DNA of 64,000 nucleotides from Escherichia coli (GTDB lineage Bacteria; Pseudomonadota; Gammaproteobacteria; Enterobacterales; Enterobacteriaceae): NCBI RefSeq assembly GCF_003018115.1, contig NZ_CP027457.1; one strand, 5' to 3'. Shown piece by piece: positions 63,243 to 64,000 of this stretch (position 1 is its first letter; each line of letters starts with the position of its first letter). The notes under the pieces were generated by a model. It saw only the letters and a program-made list of their open reading frames with translations, ran no database searches and was not told where the DNA came from. The position numbers and the translations under genes were made by a program.

Positions 63243-63728
63243 ATGCAAGTTTTTATCATGCGTCACGGCGACGCAGCCCTCGATGCCGCCAGTGATTCGG
63301 TTCGTCCTCTTACCACTAATGGTTGTGACGAATCTCGCCTGATGGCGAACTGGCTGAAAGGTCAAAAAGTGGAAATCGAACGCGTTCTGGTGAGCCCGTT
63401 CCTGCGAGCCGAGCAAACACTGGAGGAAGTAGGGGATTGTCTGAACCTGCCTTCCAGTGCAGAAGTTCTGCCGGAGTTAACGCCCTGCGGCGATGTTGGT
63501 CTGGTCAGTGCCTATTTGCAGGCGTTGACCAATGAAGGTGTTGCTTCGGTGTTGGTTATCTCCCACTTACCGTTAGTTGGGTATCTGGTCGCCGAGTTAT
63601 GTCCGGGCGAAACGCCGCCTATGTTTACCACCTCGGCCATTGCCAGCGTCACGCTTGATGAAAGCGGAAACGGCACATTCAACTGGCAGATGAGCCCGTG
63701 TAATTTGAAGATGGCGAAAGCTATCTGA
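63243..63728 (+). CDS. sixA: phosphohistidine phosphatase
   Basis: 161 aa; RHG motif at the N-terminus (MQVFIMRHGDA). Confidence 0.93.
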   Translation: MQVFIMRHGDAALDAASDSVRPLTTNGCDESRLMANWLKGQKVEIERVLVSPFLRAEQTLEEVGDCLNLPSSAEVLPELTPCGDVGLVSAYLQALTNEGVASVLVISHLPLVGYLVAELCPGETPPMFTTSAIASVTLDESGNGTFNWQMSPCNLKMAKAI

Positions 63729-63741
63729 TTTGTTTGAAAAA

Positions 63742-63780
63742 ATGCCCGATGTAAGCTGTACATCGGGCATTTGTCTTTTT
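63742..63780 (+). terminator. intrinsic terminator of sixA
   Basis: atgcccgatgtaagctgtacatcgggcat (12-bp stem) followed by ttgtcttttt. Confidence 0.55.
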
Positions 63781-64000
63781 GCAATAGTATAAATTCACTA
63801 AAAACCCTTCACGGAGTTGGTATGCTGCGATGATGATTTCATCGCACTCTTTCCTCTGCTTCCCTATTAATTTCTGATGAAATGAGACTAAGTTGTAATA
63901 TATTCTTACAAATTATAAAGCTAATGGAACAATTAACAGTAAAAAAGAAATGATATTTTTGTGTCTTGATTTAATATTGTTTGTGATGCTTTAATATTAT

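Overview
This window is Escherichia coli chromosomal DNA. It is syntenic, in reverse orientation, with the K-12 region running yfeR, yfeN, xapABR, a tRNA Val/Lys cluster, gltX, yfeDC, tRNA-Ala x2, pdeA(yfeA), nupC, mntH, ypeC, yfeO, glk, the fryBC-ypdFE-fryA cluster, ypdCBA, alaC, ypdK, lpxP, yfdY, ypdI, yfdX-frc-oxc-yfdV-yfdE, evgSA, emrKY, dsdA, then argW, yfdC, mlaA, yfdF, fadL, yfcZ, fadIJ and sixA. It is not K-12: (1) the interval that in K-12 holds dsdC, intact dsdX and a prophage next to argW is here occupied by a csc sucrose regulon (cscR, cscA, cscK, cscB) followed by an IS200/IS605-family element with divergent tnpA/tnpB, which abuts a 94-codon stub of a P4-like integrase; dsdX is reduced to a C-terminal fragment. 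(2) There is no IS186 between pdeA and nupC. (3) Only two tandem tRNA-Val genes sit beside lysV. (4) yfdF carries an in-frame, diverged ~210-bp tandem duplication. I found no CRISPR array and no convincing multi-gene undescribed system. The best follow-up candidates are the apparently intact TnpB with its predicted omega-RNA region, the AT-rich repeat-expanded yfdF, and a small XapX-like membrane ORF. Gene names come from recognising the encoded proteins and from synteny; K-12 lengths and gene orders quoted are from memory and no database search was run.
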